From contig JAEDKA010000003.1 in assembly GCA_016296065.1 (NCBI GenBank), forward strand, positions 5,093-69,092: 64,000 nt of DNA, written 5' to 3'. The notes under the pieces were generated by a model. The model worked only from the letters and a program-made list of their open reading frames with translations, was not told the origin of the DNA and searched no databases. Each line of letters begins with the position of its first letter. The stretch's first letter is position 1. Source of the stretch: Kiritimatiellia bacterium (GTDB lineage: Bacteria; Verrucomicrobiota; Kiritimatiellia; RFP12; UBA1067). Positions 53,030-61,024 of this stretch are shown piece by piece. The position numbers and the translations under genes were made by a program.

Positions 53030-53538
53030 ATTGTCGCCACGAGTTCGGAGACGCTCTTGCGGGTTGAGTGCAGAGGCGAAGGCTTGGCTGCGGGATCGGC
53101 GTATCCGACAGGGAAGATCGCGACGAGATCGTAGCCGGCGAGTTCGGGGATGAGTTCCTGGAGCTTCGGCGCGTCGAAGTGTCCTACCCACGTCGTGGCG
53201 AGTCCCTGGTCCTCGATGGCGAGCATCATGTGGGTAGCCACTATCGTCGCGTCGACATCTGCGAAGTTGGCGTTGTCCGCAGGGCGCACCCACGCCTCCT
53301 CGCGCTTCGCCCCGACGATGAGGAACACTCCTGCGCCGAAGGTAAACGGCGTCACGTCGTGTATCGCCTTGAGCGCATCGGGCGACTTGGCGACCCAAAT
53401 CCTGAACGGCTGCTTGTTGACCGCCGTCGGCGCAAGTATGCCCGCCTCTATAATCGCGTCGAGCTTCTCCTGCTCCACGGGTTTCGCCGCCAGCTTGCGG
53501 CACGAGTAACGCTTCCTTGCCAAATCATTGAACGACAT
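53026..53538 (-). CDS. nitroreductase family protein
   Basis: RYSCRKLAAKPVEQEKLDAIIEAGILAPTAVNKQPF. AAGGAG SD upstream. Confidence 0.8.
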   Translation of the reverse strand: MSFNDLARKRYSCRKLAAKPVEQEKLDAIIEAGILAPTAVNKQPFRIWVAKSPDALKAIHDVTPFTFGAGVFLIVGAKREEAWVRPADNANFADVDATIVATHMMLAIEDQGLATTWVGHFDAPKLQELIPELAGYDLVAIFPVGYADPAAKPSPLHSTRKSVSELVATI

Positions 53539-53599
53539 TGTTTTTCTCCTTGTTTAGTTGTTTATTGAAACTGCTGTGACGTTTGTTTTAGATACTCAT

Positions 53600-53684
53600 A
53601 ATTCTGTTAATTCTGTCAATCATGTGTCTTAAAACCTCCCGTGCTTTTTTGTTTAGACACATCATTTACAGAATTTACAGAATT
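53600..53684. repeat. 85-bp palindromic element, copy 1
   Basis: AATTCTGTTAATTCTGTCAATCATGTGTCTTAAAAC...GTTTAGACACATCATTTACAGAATTTACAGAATT. It overlaps the 3' end of the GxxExxY ORF. Confidence 0.9.
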
Positions 53685-54074
53685 AAGACCTGTTGTGGTT
53701 TTGGGGCGATAGACGCGATATTTGTGCTTGCGCTCAAGCGATGCTGCACCGAAGTTGATAAGCAGCCCATCGTCTATTCCCGTTGCAGCAAGGTAATTGA
53801 CAAGCTGTGCCTCATGCGCAGCACACAAGGCAGAGACAGCCTTCAACTCAAGAATCATGCACTTCTCGACAATGATGTCTGCCCTGTAGTCGCCAACACG
53901 TACACCCTTGTATTCTACGGGAATCGGAACTTCCTTCTCGCATTCAAGGCCAAGCTCCTTCAATTCGATCATCAAGGCGTTCTTATACACCTCTTCTAGA
54001 TAGCCCGGCCCGAAATGCCTATGCACCGCCATTGCTGCGCCTGTTATCTTGTAGCGAAGTTCCTCAACATTCAT
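53616..54074 (-). CDS. GxxExxY protein (PD-(D/E)XK-like fold family)
   Basis: Start trimmed to MNVEELRYKITGAAMAVHRHFGPGYLEEVYKNAL, which contains GYLEEVY (GxxExxY). The last ~20 codons are encoded by repeat copy 1. Confidence 0.7.
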   Translation of the reverse strand: MNVEELRYKITGAAMAVHRHFGPGYLEEVYKNALMIELKELGLECEKEVPIPVEYKGVRVGDYRADIIVEKCMILELKAVSALCAAHEAQLVNYLAATGIDDGLLINFGAASLERKHKYRVYRPKTTTGLNSVNSVNDVSKQKSTGGFKTHD

Positions 54075-54426
54075 AATTCTGTTAATTCTGTTAATCATGT
54101 GTCTTAAAACCTTCCGCGCCTTTTTGTTTAGACACATCATTTACAGAATTTACAGAATTGAGTGGCTCGCGATTGAAATAGGCAACGGGCCTTTTGCATT
54201 CCGTTCTCCCGCGCGAATCTCCAGCTACTTTAATTCTGTTAATTCTGTTAATCATGTGTCTTAAAAACTTTCCGTGCTTTTTTGTTTAGACACATCATTT
54301 ACAGAATTTACAGAATTGATGGTCTCGCGATTGAAATAGGCAACGGGCCTTTTGCATTCCGCTCTCCAGTGCGAATCTCCAGCTACTTTAATTCTGTTAA
54401 TTCTGTTAATCATGTGTCTTAAAAAC
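54075..54426. repeat. tandem array: two full and one half copy of the 85-bp palindrome, each separated by a near-identical 72-bp segment
   Basis: Palindromes lie at 54075-54159, 54232-54317 and 54390-54426 (left arm only). The period is 157-158 bp. Confidence 0.9.
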
Positions 54427-54515
54427 TATTCGTAGTCGGTTTCCATCTTCTTCTCGATCTCGCTCTCAATCCGCCCCATGTTGTCGATGTTGTCGGACAT
54501 TGTCATCTCCTTATC

Positions 54516-56000
54516 TTATTTGTGTTCACTTGCCGACAGTGCGGCACGGCCTTTGTCCGTCAGTCGATACTTCTGAAGTTTGGAATGCTTAACTTCAGGC
54601 TTAGTCTGTTCAATAAAACCCGCCCTTAGCGTCGGACGAATATATCCCTCCCGGAAATAATTGCGGTCACGGATATGCAGTGCCTTCAGAAGTTCAGCCG
54701 TGCCAAGCTCCAAGTTCTTGAGAGCTTGCAGAAGCCTTTTCTGCTTTTCGTCAACTGGTGGGGTAACTGGTGGGGTAACTGGTGGGGTATCATGGTGGGT
54801 CGCGAGTGATGGCGAAGCATTCTTCGGCACTCCGTATGACGAGTTGTCGACGGCTGCGACGAGCTGTTCGTCTGTGAATCCATAGAGAAGATTCGGCAGT
54901 GTAACGCGAAAATAGTCGCTCTCGGACTCAAGGACAGGCATGCGTTTCCCAAGGTTGACCGACAGTTTCTCGTAGTCCTCGTTGAGCTTCTTGAACCCGC
55001 TGCCCTTGCGTTCCATGAGATCGAGCCGTTCAAACATATCCGCAAGGCACTTATTGCGGCGACGCGACGGAATCCGCCGAATGTTCGGATACTCCTGAAC
55101 CTTGCGGTCGCCCGGCATACCGCCTGGGGAGGTTATTTCCATCCGGTCGTCGAAGATATCAACATGGACTTCGCTACCTGTCTCAAGGTAGTCGCGGTGA
55201 ACGAGTCCGTTGATGAGCATCTCCTGAACAGAGCGTTCGGGATACTCGCGGAAGTTCACGCGGTCCGTCGGACGTTTGTGCCACGCGCGGCGTGAGTGAA
55301 GGCGAACGAAGTCCTCGGCGTATTTTAACAGCTGGAGAAGCCCGCCGCTGTACTCCTGGTCGTCGGCCGCATCCATTACGCCCGCAGTCATGTCGAGCCC
55401 GTTCCAGCGCGTGCAGAACACGCGAGAATGACGTATCGGCGATTCGTCAGCCAACAGCGCGCCGGTATTTGTCATCACGCCCGTCTCCGTGACGAGTCCG
55501 AATGATAGAAAATCCACCTTGCTCATCTTTGCGCCGTTCACCTTTTCATAGAGGTTCTTGAGCGCGATGAAAGTGAAGTCGGACGCCCGGTATCCGCCGA
55601 AGCAGGACACACAGTCCCATTCCTGCCCGGATCGCTCCATCAGGAACTGCGTCAATGCCGGCCCGGTCAACAACATCTTGACCGATCCCGTACGATAGTG
55701 GAAGCGCCCCTGATAGCTGACTGGGAAGGCGCTTGCTGCGACCTTGATCCGTATCACATCCTTGCCCTGCTTCTTGAGCAACGCGACGTCGGCCACGATG
55801 CCCATCGTGTTGCGGATGGAGTTGGGGATGTCCTCCATCAGCTTGTTAGCGTTCTTGACGCCGACGGGCTTCTTGGTTCCGTCCTCTATGCCGATGTAGA
55901 GCGTCCCGCCCTTGGCGTTCGCGTAGCCGCAGATCCACTCCAGGTACTTCTCGTGCCAGGACTCCTTGTACTCGACCGTCTGGTTCTCCTCGCGTTTCAT
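54516..56000 (-). CDS. AlbA_2 (Schlafen-like) DNA-binding / HATPase_c_4-type ATP-binding protein
   Basis: N-terminal EENQTVEYKESWHEKYLEWICGYANAKGGTLYIGIEDG is the AlbA_2 signature. TPPVTPPVTPPV linker and a C-terminal wHTH-like tail. Confidence 0.65.
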   Translation of the reverse strand: MKREENQTVEYKESWHEKYLEWICGYANAKGGTLYIGIEDGTKKPVGVKNANKLMEDIPNSIRNTMGIVADVALLKKQGKDVIRIKVAASAFPVSYQGRFHYRTGSVKMLLTGPALTQFLMERSGQEWDCVSCFGGYRASDFTFIALKNLYEKVNGAKMSKVDFLSFGLVTETGVMTNTGALLADESPIRHSRVFCTRWNGLDMTAGVMDAADDQEYSGGLLQLLKYAEDFVRLHSRRAWHKRPTDRVNFREYPERSVQEMLINGLVHRDYLETGSEVHVDIFDDRMEITSPGGMPGDRKVQEYPNIRRIPSRRRNKCLADMFERLDLMERKGSGFKKLNEDYEKLSVNLGKRMPVLESESDYFRVTLPNLLYGFTDEQLVAAVDNSSYGVPKNASPSLATHHDTPPVTPPVTPPVDEKQKRLLQALKNLELGTAELLKALHIRDRNYFREGYIRPTLRAGFIEQTKPEVKHSKLQKYRLTDKGRAALSASEHK

Positions 56001-56023
56001 TGCCTCTCTCCGCTCAAATTATT

Positions 56024-56239
56024 TCACTTAATCTCCAGAATATCGCGCGGCTTGCATTGAAAGAACTTGCAAATGCGATTGATGGTTTCTTCGCGAATCT
56101 TCTGACCCTTGTTCATCCTTGCGAGTGTAACAGTCGACAGCCCCACGGCAAGACGCATCTGCGTCTTTGTCATGTTGCGGTCTATCAGCATCTTCCAGAG
56201 TCGGTTGTAGCACATTTCTATACAATAAACCTTATCCAT
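56024..56239 (-). CDS. XRE-family helix-turn-helix regulator (71 aa)
   Basis: NRLWKMLIDRNMTKTQMRLAVGLSTVTLARMNKGQKI. Confidence 0.75.
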   Translation of the reverse strand: MDKVYCIEMCYNRLWKMLIDRNMTKTQMRLAVGLSTVTLARMNKGQKIREETINRICKFFQCKPRDILEIK

Positions 56240-56323
56240 TTTTTGACGAGTATTATATCATTTAGACCGAACTATCATCAAATATTATGTTTGTGTCGTG
56301 TAGATTTCAAAACCGGAAAAGTT

Positions 56324-57690
56324 GTAGCGAGCAAAACCGGAATGATTTTCATGCTCTCGCGGCGACCCAAGCTAATACAGCCGGGCTGTTTTGAAGGCCC
56401 GGCTGCCGCTTGGGCACCCCGCCGCGACACCTCTCCATTCAGTCACCGACTCCTGTACACCTTCGGATTGTTGGTGAACACCACCTTCGGCGACGTTCCC
56501 TTTTCCGGCTTGTTGAGCACGAGAGACACGGTTCCGTCAAGGTGCCGGCAGATCCACACGCGGGTTCCATTTGCGCATTCCGTCGAGCAGAGGAATCCGT
56601 CGACCAGCAACCGCCCGCGCGGCCCGATCGTCGAACCTTTCCATTCCGACCAGATCAGCTCCCACCATCCGTCCTGCGGGGGCTGACGCAGCTTGCACTG
56701 GCCCGACCTGATCTTGTCCGTCCAGACGTTCAGCGGCACGTCGTGAAGCTCACGGTGACGCTCGAACCCGTTGCGGTAGTCGACCAGGCAGTCCAGCTGT
56801 TCGTTTACCTCTTCAAGGGGAGTGTCTCCCGTAATGCCTTCCCTCGCCGCGTACGCCGGAAGCCTGTCCTGCCAGACCTGATGCACACGCTCGATCTTCC
56901 CCTTCGCCTCGGGCGTGTTCGCAAAGACGAAGGAGATGTCGACGAACTTCAGCCTCCTGCCGAGCTGGGTCAGCGACCCGTCGTCGTTCCTGAAGAAACC
57001 CGCCTTGTCCACGTAGATTTCCAGGGGGAGGCCGTATCTTGTGAAGGCTCTGTAGAACAAGTCCAGATACGACTCGACCGTCTCCCTCCGGTAGAGCCGG
57101 CAGCCGACCTGCATCCGGCTGCAGTCGTCAACCATGTCGATGAGCAGCAGAGCCTGGCAGGAGCGTCCGAGAAAGTAGTCGGGCGTCGCGTCCAGCTGCC
57201 ACAGCTCGCCGACCGACTTGCGCTGCCAGCGGCGGACGTGCGCCGGAGGCCGCGCCCTGTGGTCGGCCAGGTGGAGGTTGTGCGCAATGGCCCAGTGCCG
57301 GACCTGGGAGCGCTCTACGGGGAAGCCGAAGCGCCTCCCGACCTCGCTGGCGACAAACGCATACGAATACCGTTTCGCGTCGCCATCCGGCTCCAGTGCC
57401 CTGCGCAGGAACGACTGCACCTTGTCAGGCCACGCCGGCATGTGGTTGCCGCCGGACGAACCAGGCTCCCAGTCGTCGCCGAGCCCCTGAGCCCGTGCCG
57501 CGAGGTAGGACGTGCGCAGCGAATACAGCTGCGACTGCCCGACCTGAAGCGACTCCATCGCCTGCTGGCGGGTGATCGCTCCGGTTACGAACTGCATCAT
57601 CGTGTCTCGGACATGCGCGACACCCAGTCGGTTTGATATTTGCTGTTTCATGGAGCATAGTATACTCCACATTCCGGTTTTGCTCGCTAC
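56324..57690 (-). mobile_element. insertion sequence (1367 bp) with perfect 21-bp terminal inverted repeats and one DDE (rve) transposase
   Basis: GTAGCGAGCAAAACCGGAATG at 56324-56344 and its reverse complement at 57670-57690. I saw no clear target-site duplication. Confidence 0.75.
56443..57651 (-). CDS. DDE-type (rve integrase core) transposase
   Basis: WQLDATP, YVDKAGFF and KGKIER form the DDE triad context. Start trimmed to MKQQISN, 7 nt after a TATACT -10. Confidence 0.75.
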   Translation of the reverse strand: MKQQISNRLGVAHVRDTMMQFVTGAITRQQAMESLQVGQSQLYSLRTSYLAARAQGLGDDWEPGSSGGNHMPAWPDKVQSFLRRALEPDGDAKRYSYAFVASEVGRRFGFPVERSQVRHWAIAHNLHLADHRARPPAHVRRWQRKSVGELWQLDATPDYFLGRSCQALLLIDMVDDCSRMQVGCRLYRRETVESYLDLFYRAFTRYGLPLEIYVDKAGFFRNDDGSLTQLGRRLKFVDISFVFANTPEAKGKIERVHQVWQDRLPAYAAREGITGDTPLEEVNEQLDCLVDYRNGFERHRELHDVPLNVWTDKIRSGQCKLRQPPQDGWWELIWSEWKGSTIGPRGRLLVDGFLCSTECANGTRVWICRHLDGTVSLVLNKPEKGTSPKVVFTNNPKVYRSR

Positions 57691-57800
57691 ACCGAGACGG
57701 CCGCCCCCCATGGGGGGCGTATGGTTTTCTTAACTTTCAACAATCGCCATCTTTGAAGCAAAATCCCTCGCTGAAGCCCGCTTAACAGGCTCTCTCGCTC

Positions 57801-57821
57801 CATTCCGGTTTTGCTCGCTAC
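57801..57821. repeat. extra solo copy of the IS right-end 21-mer
   Basis: CATTCCGGTTTTGCTCGCTAC is identical to 57670-57690 and in the same orientation. A degenerate fourth copy follows at 57824-57838. Confidence 0.85.
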
Positions 57822-57981
57822 AGCATTCCGCTTTTGCTTTCACCGCGACATCGCGCAAAGCGGCGACATGGACAACGTAGTCGATATTTTCCTCAAAGAG
57901 CCGCGGCAGCCGTGCGGCTTGAGCCAGTCGAGGTAGTCTTCAATCAATTCGTCGAGCGTGGCTCGGGCGACAAGAGTGGTC

Positions 57982-58596
57982 TCATACCTGGAAGAACAGT
58001 CCGTAGATTATGAATAGCACAAACACGATTGAGCAGATCAGCGCGAAACAACAGCCACGAAGGTCGTCTTCAGGACCGCGGCTCTCCCAATGTCCGCCCT
58101 GGGGTTGCCTCGCTCCGCCTCGGCTGGACGCACAAGCGTACGGGTAGTCGTCGTGTCCGTAATCGTCGTCAGCGCCGTAGTCCTCGTCATCTTCGTCGTC
58201 GTCCGAATCGTAGTCGTCGTCATCCCGCGAGCTGCCGAAGTTGTAGTCGCCGTCGGGCATCTCGCCGGAGTAGTACCTGTTGCGCTTCTTCAGCATCATC
58301 AAGGCGCCGTACTCGGATCCATCGCCGTCCCCGAACGAGTCCCCACGCGACATGCCGGTGCTTTCGTACGTCGGACCGATGAAGTTGCTTCCGTGCGCTT
58401 CGCCGACATAGTTGTGGTCGATGTCCCACAGCTTTCCGGAGGCGTCTATACGGCCCTGCCTGACGCCGCCATTGTCGTAGATGTCGTCCCCCTCGATCCG
58501 GCCGACATACTGGTGGTTTTCGTCATAGAGGCGGCCATCGTCGTCGATGCTCCCCTCGAAGTCGCTCATCCCGCGGAACAGATTTCTCTCGCTCAT
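57982..58596 (-). CDS. hypothetical tail-anchored protein with G-x-I/Y-D repeats and poly-acidic region (204 aa)
   Basis: Start trimmed to MSERNLF with a strong SD (AGGAGGAAAACAAAATG). C-terminal TM CCFALICSIVFVLFIIYGLFF. Confidence 0.6.
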   Translation of the reverse strand: MSERNLFRGMSDFEGSIDDDGRLYDENHQYVGRIEGDDIYDNGGVRQGRIDASGKLWDIDHNYVGEAHGSNFIGPTYESTGMSRGDSFGDGDGSEYGALMMLKKRNRYYSGEMPDGDYNFGSSRDDDDYDSDDDEDDEDYGADDDYGHDDYPYACASSRGGARQPQGGHWESRGPEDDLRGCCFALICSIVFVLFIIYGLFFQV

Positions 58597-58822
58597 TTTG
58601 TTTTCCTCCTGTTGTTTTCGTTGGCATAGAGGCCACCTGGAGCCGCAGAAACGCTGTCGCCCGTCTCTGCGCGGGACGGGCGACCTTCGGAACTTGTTTT
58701 CCCAAAAGGGCCCATCCTTTTTCCACCGCGGCGTTCCCGCTCGGTTGGCAGATGCGCTCCCGCACATCACTCTTGATGGTCTCAACACCGTATATTATAT
58801 CATATTGCTAATTCAGCCACAA
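58597..58822 (-). promoter_or_regulatory. sigma70-type promoter plus ~190-nt structured leader (copy A)
   Basis: TTGTGG (58817-58822), 17-nt spacer, TATAAT (58794-58799). P1 hairpin at 58751-58768 and terminator-like hairpin at 58656-58684. It is a near-duplicate of 61025-61254. Confidence 0.6.
58643..58684 (-). terminator. leader terminator-like hairpin, copy A (weak U tract)
   Basis: GUCGCCCGUC-9 nt-GACGGGCGAC followed by AGCGUUUCUG. Confidence 0.45.
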
Positions 58823-58889
58823 GGGGGTTCGCGAAATTTTTTCCCGCTCATGATGCTTATTTCCTCCGTTCCCAAGGTGAATCGCCTTG

Positions 58890-60335
58890 TCATGGTCCCA
58901 TCACATAAAAGCCATCAAAACATCTATCAGAGGCATCGCACTGCTCTATAAGCCACCATACGAAGAAATCAAGAAGTGCCAAAATCCGAAAACGGTTCTT
59001 CGACAACATTTCTCGCTTCGCTATTTCCATCTTCTCTTTATCCTCGTCCAAGGCAACTCTTTCACCGCTTGGGGATTCCCAGGCAAAGTCTGAATTTAGC
59101 AGCCTTTGCGAAATCTTGCCTAGAGCTGGATCGCAAGGATCTTTGATAATCTGCAACCGAACGACCTTGATTCGATCCAAAATCAGCCCGGCTTCCTCTT
59201 TACGGAAGTGGAATTTCTCGTAATAGTATTCGTAATAGTATGGAACAACGCTCTCGAAGATGGCAAGCAAAGGTTCTATCTTTTCTGCGTACATCAGAAA
59301 GACAGATCCGGTCTTCCATGCATCCCATCCCAAATTATCATCATCGTAAGCGTAAATCGCAAACTCTCTAGAACATCTCCCCGGATGACGCCCATAGATC
59401 ATGCCGAGATTCAACTTCTTCAACCTGCGCGAAATCCTGTAGCTGTCAACGAATCTATCGGCCGGGTTTCGCAAATCACCGCGCGTGCCAAACTTCTCGT
59501 CATAATACTGGCGCGAACGAGCCTCCGACTCCTCCCCCACACCCAATTTCCCGACGCCCCGTATCGCATGATAAAGGCTCATTCTGTGCAACAACTCAAG
59601 TTTGACCGCTCCATCCTCGATCCACCCCATGTACTGCGCCGACTTGCCAGGTCCTTCGACAACAAACCTGATCTTGTAGCGGACAGCCTTGCTTTCAACG
59701 ATAAAACATCCGTTCGCGCAATACAAGACCTCATCTCCCGAAAGAGCCGACCGCAAGACTTTATCAACAGTTTCCACCGCATCGGCAATGGATCCTCTCA
59801 ATATCATAATTGCGGTGTCAATTGTCGCATCATAATGGAAACATTCCCCCAAGCTGAAATACTTAGCCCATGCACAGCACTGACCGGGGGAAAGTGCTCG
59901 CCTCTTCCAAAGTGCAATCCTCAAACGCTGATGCGCAAGCCGAGCCAATACGAACCTTACGCGCTCGTCTTTGCTTATCTTCGTTGAACACCCCATCTCA
60001 GCGTCAAACAACTTCAGTCCATCATTCCCAAGGCATGTTTCAATCGCGAGGCACCTTGCAAGTACGTCCGCAACAAGCTGAGCATTTATGTATTCTGCCG
60101 TTACAGACACTAGAGGCAATCCAGGCTCTTGGCGAAATCTGAAGATAGGCTTCGATTTCGCAGATTCGCAAGACGAGGGGCGAAGCATCTTTGTCAGTCC
60201 GTCTAAATCAAACGGCGAGAAATCCTCTCGACAAATGTCAAGCGTCCCGCTTTCAACGTATGCACGAAGCGACCTTGAAATCATCACGTCAAAGCCAGGG
60301 AATCTCGGCTTACATATGTAGAATCGATAGCGCAT
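58890..60335 (-). CDS. hypothetical protein (481 aa), no recognisable domain
   Basis: AT-richer ORF. ATG 60335 is preceded by GGAG-ATAATC. The TTG at 60347 in the track is less likely. Confidence 0.6.
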   Translation of the reverse strand: MRYRFYICKPRFPGFDVMISRSLRAYVESGTLDICREDFSPFDLDGLTKMLRPSSCESAKSKPIFRFRQEPGLPLVSVTAEYINAQLVADVLARCLAIETCLGNDGLKLFDAEMGCSTKISKDERVRFVLARLAHQRLRIALWKRRALSPGQCCAWAKYFSLGECFHYDATIDTAIMILRGSIADAVETVDKVLRSALSGDEVLYCANGCFIVESKAVRYKIRFVVEGPGKSAQYMGWIEDGAVKLELLHRMSLYHAIRGVGKLGVGEESEARSRQYYDEKFGTRGDLRNPADRFVDSYRISRRLKKLNLGMIYGRHPGRCSREFAIYAYDDDNLGWDAWKTGSVFLMYAEKIEPLLAIFESVVPYYYEYYYEKFHFRKEEAGLILDRIKVVRLQIIKDPCDPALGKISQRLLNSDFAWESPSGERVALDEDKEKMEIAKREMLSKNRFRILALLDFFVWWLIEQCDASDRCFDGFYVMGP

Positions 60336-60359
60336 GATTATCTCCAACTGCCACTTGAA

Positions 60360-60590
60360 TTACATCAACACCTCGCCAGGCATCTTCAGATACCACACCT
60401 GCGTCTTGTACACGACGACCGTCATAGGCCCCGCCTTGATCGTCACAAAACCGTCCGAGTCGGGCTTAACGTACCCGATTTGAGAGTACTGCTGCCCGCC
60501 CGGCGTCTTGCAGAACGTCATCCAGTAGTCCGCCTTCGCAATGAGCGTTGCGGCAACCACCAATCCCGCAACCATAAGTTTTCTGATCAT
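60360..60590 (-). CDS. small secreted hypothetical protein (76 aa)
   Basis: Start trimmed to MIRKLMVAGLVVAATLIAKA (signal peptide), with an AGGAG SD. Confidence 0.5.
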   Translation of the reverse strand: MIRKLMVAGLVVAATLIAKADYWMTFCKTPGGQQYSQIGYVKPDSDGFVTIKAGPMTVVVYKTQVWYLKMPGEVLM

Positions 60591-60625
60591 GACACTCCTT
60601 TCCCGCTTTCTCTTAGCCGATTCGC

Positions 60626-61024
60626 TTACCGAGCTGTATCGCAATCGTCGTCGCAGAAATCCCAGTTCTTCAGGATGAACTGGCATTCCGGATCGCCATC
60701 CCGAAAATCAAGCACGGCAGGATGGTTGAAGTTCGCCACATAGCACTCCCCTTCTGACGATGCACCTCTGACGACATGGCAATAGTCGCCCATCTTCCCA
60801 AGCGCAAGGTCTTTGCCCGGCGGCAGGAGTCCTAGGGCATGGAAGAGCTCGTTGCATGTCTCTACGACAAGCCGCTCGTCCGTCTCGATCGGAATGCTGA
60901 CAAGGTATGCAAACGGATTCTCGCCGTCGTTGCAGAGGCTGGCACCCTCAATTTCGCTATTTCCGACGACGTCGCCGACGACATAGTCAATGTATTCATG
61001 CGCCTTAGGTGTTAGTTCCCTCAT
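60626..61024 (-). CDS. acidic Cys-containing hypothetical protein (132 aa)
   Basis: Start trimmed to MRELTPKAHEYI with SD AAAGGAGTAAGACTATG. It is the first gene after leader copy B. Confidence 0.55.
   Translation of the reverse strand: MRELTPKAHEYIDYVVGDVVGNSEIEGASLCNDGENPFAYLVSIPIETDERLVVETCNELFHALGLLPPGKDLALGKMGDYCHVVRGASSEGECYVANFNHPAVLDFRDGDPECQFILKNWDFCDDDCDTAR

Noticed and set aside
54075-54426. CRISPR-like regular repeat array
   Set aside because: The 72-bp intervening segments are near-identical to each other, so this is a tandem duplication, not spacers. The repeats are 85-bp palindromes and no cas genes are present.
57841-57985. Fragment resembling an integrase N-terminal (ATLDELIEDYLDWLKPHG...)
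   Set aside because: Only about 45 codons, with no start codon. It ends in a stop, and the similarity is a weak impression. Insufficient to call a pseudogene.
58523-58765. 80-aa ORF inside leader A (and the equivalent part of 61021..61458 in leader B)
   Set aside because: It lies over the promoter, hairpin and terminator region. It has no SD, and the two copies differ by indels that would not preserve a protein.
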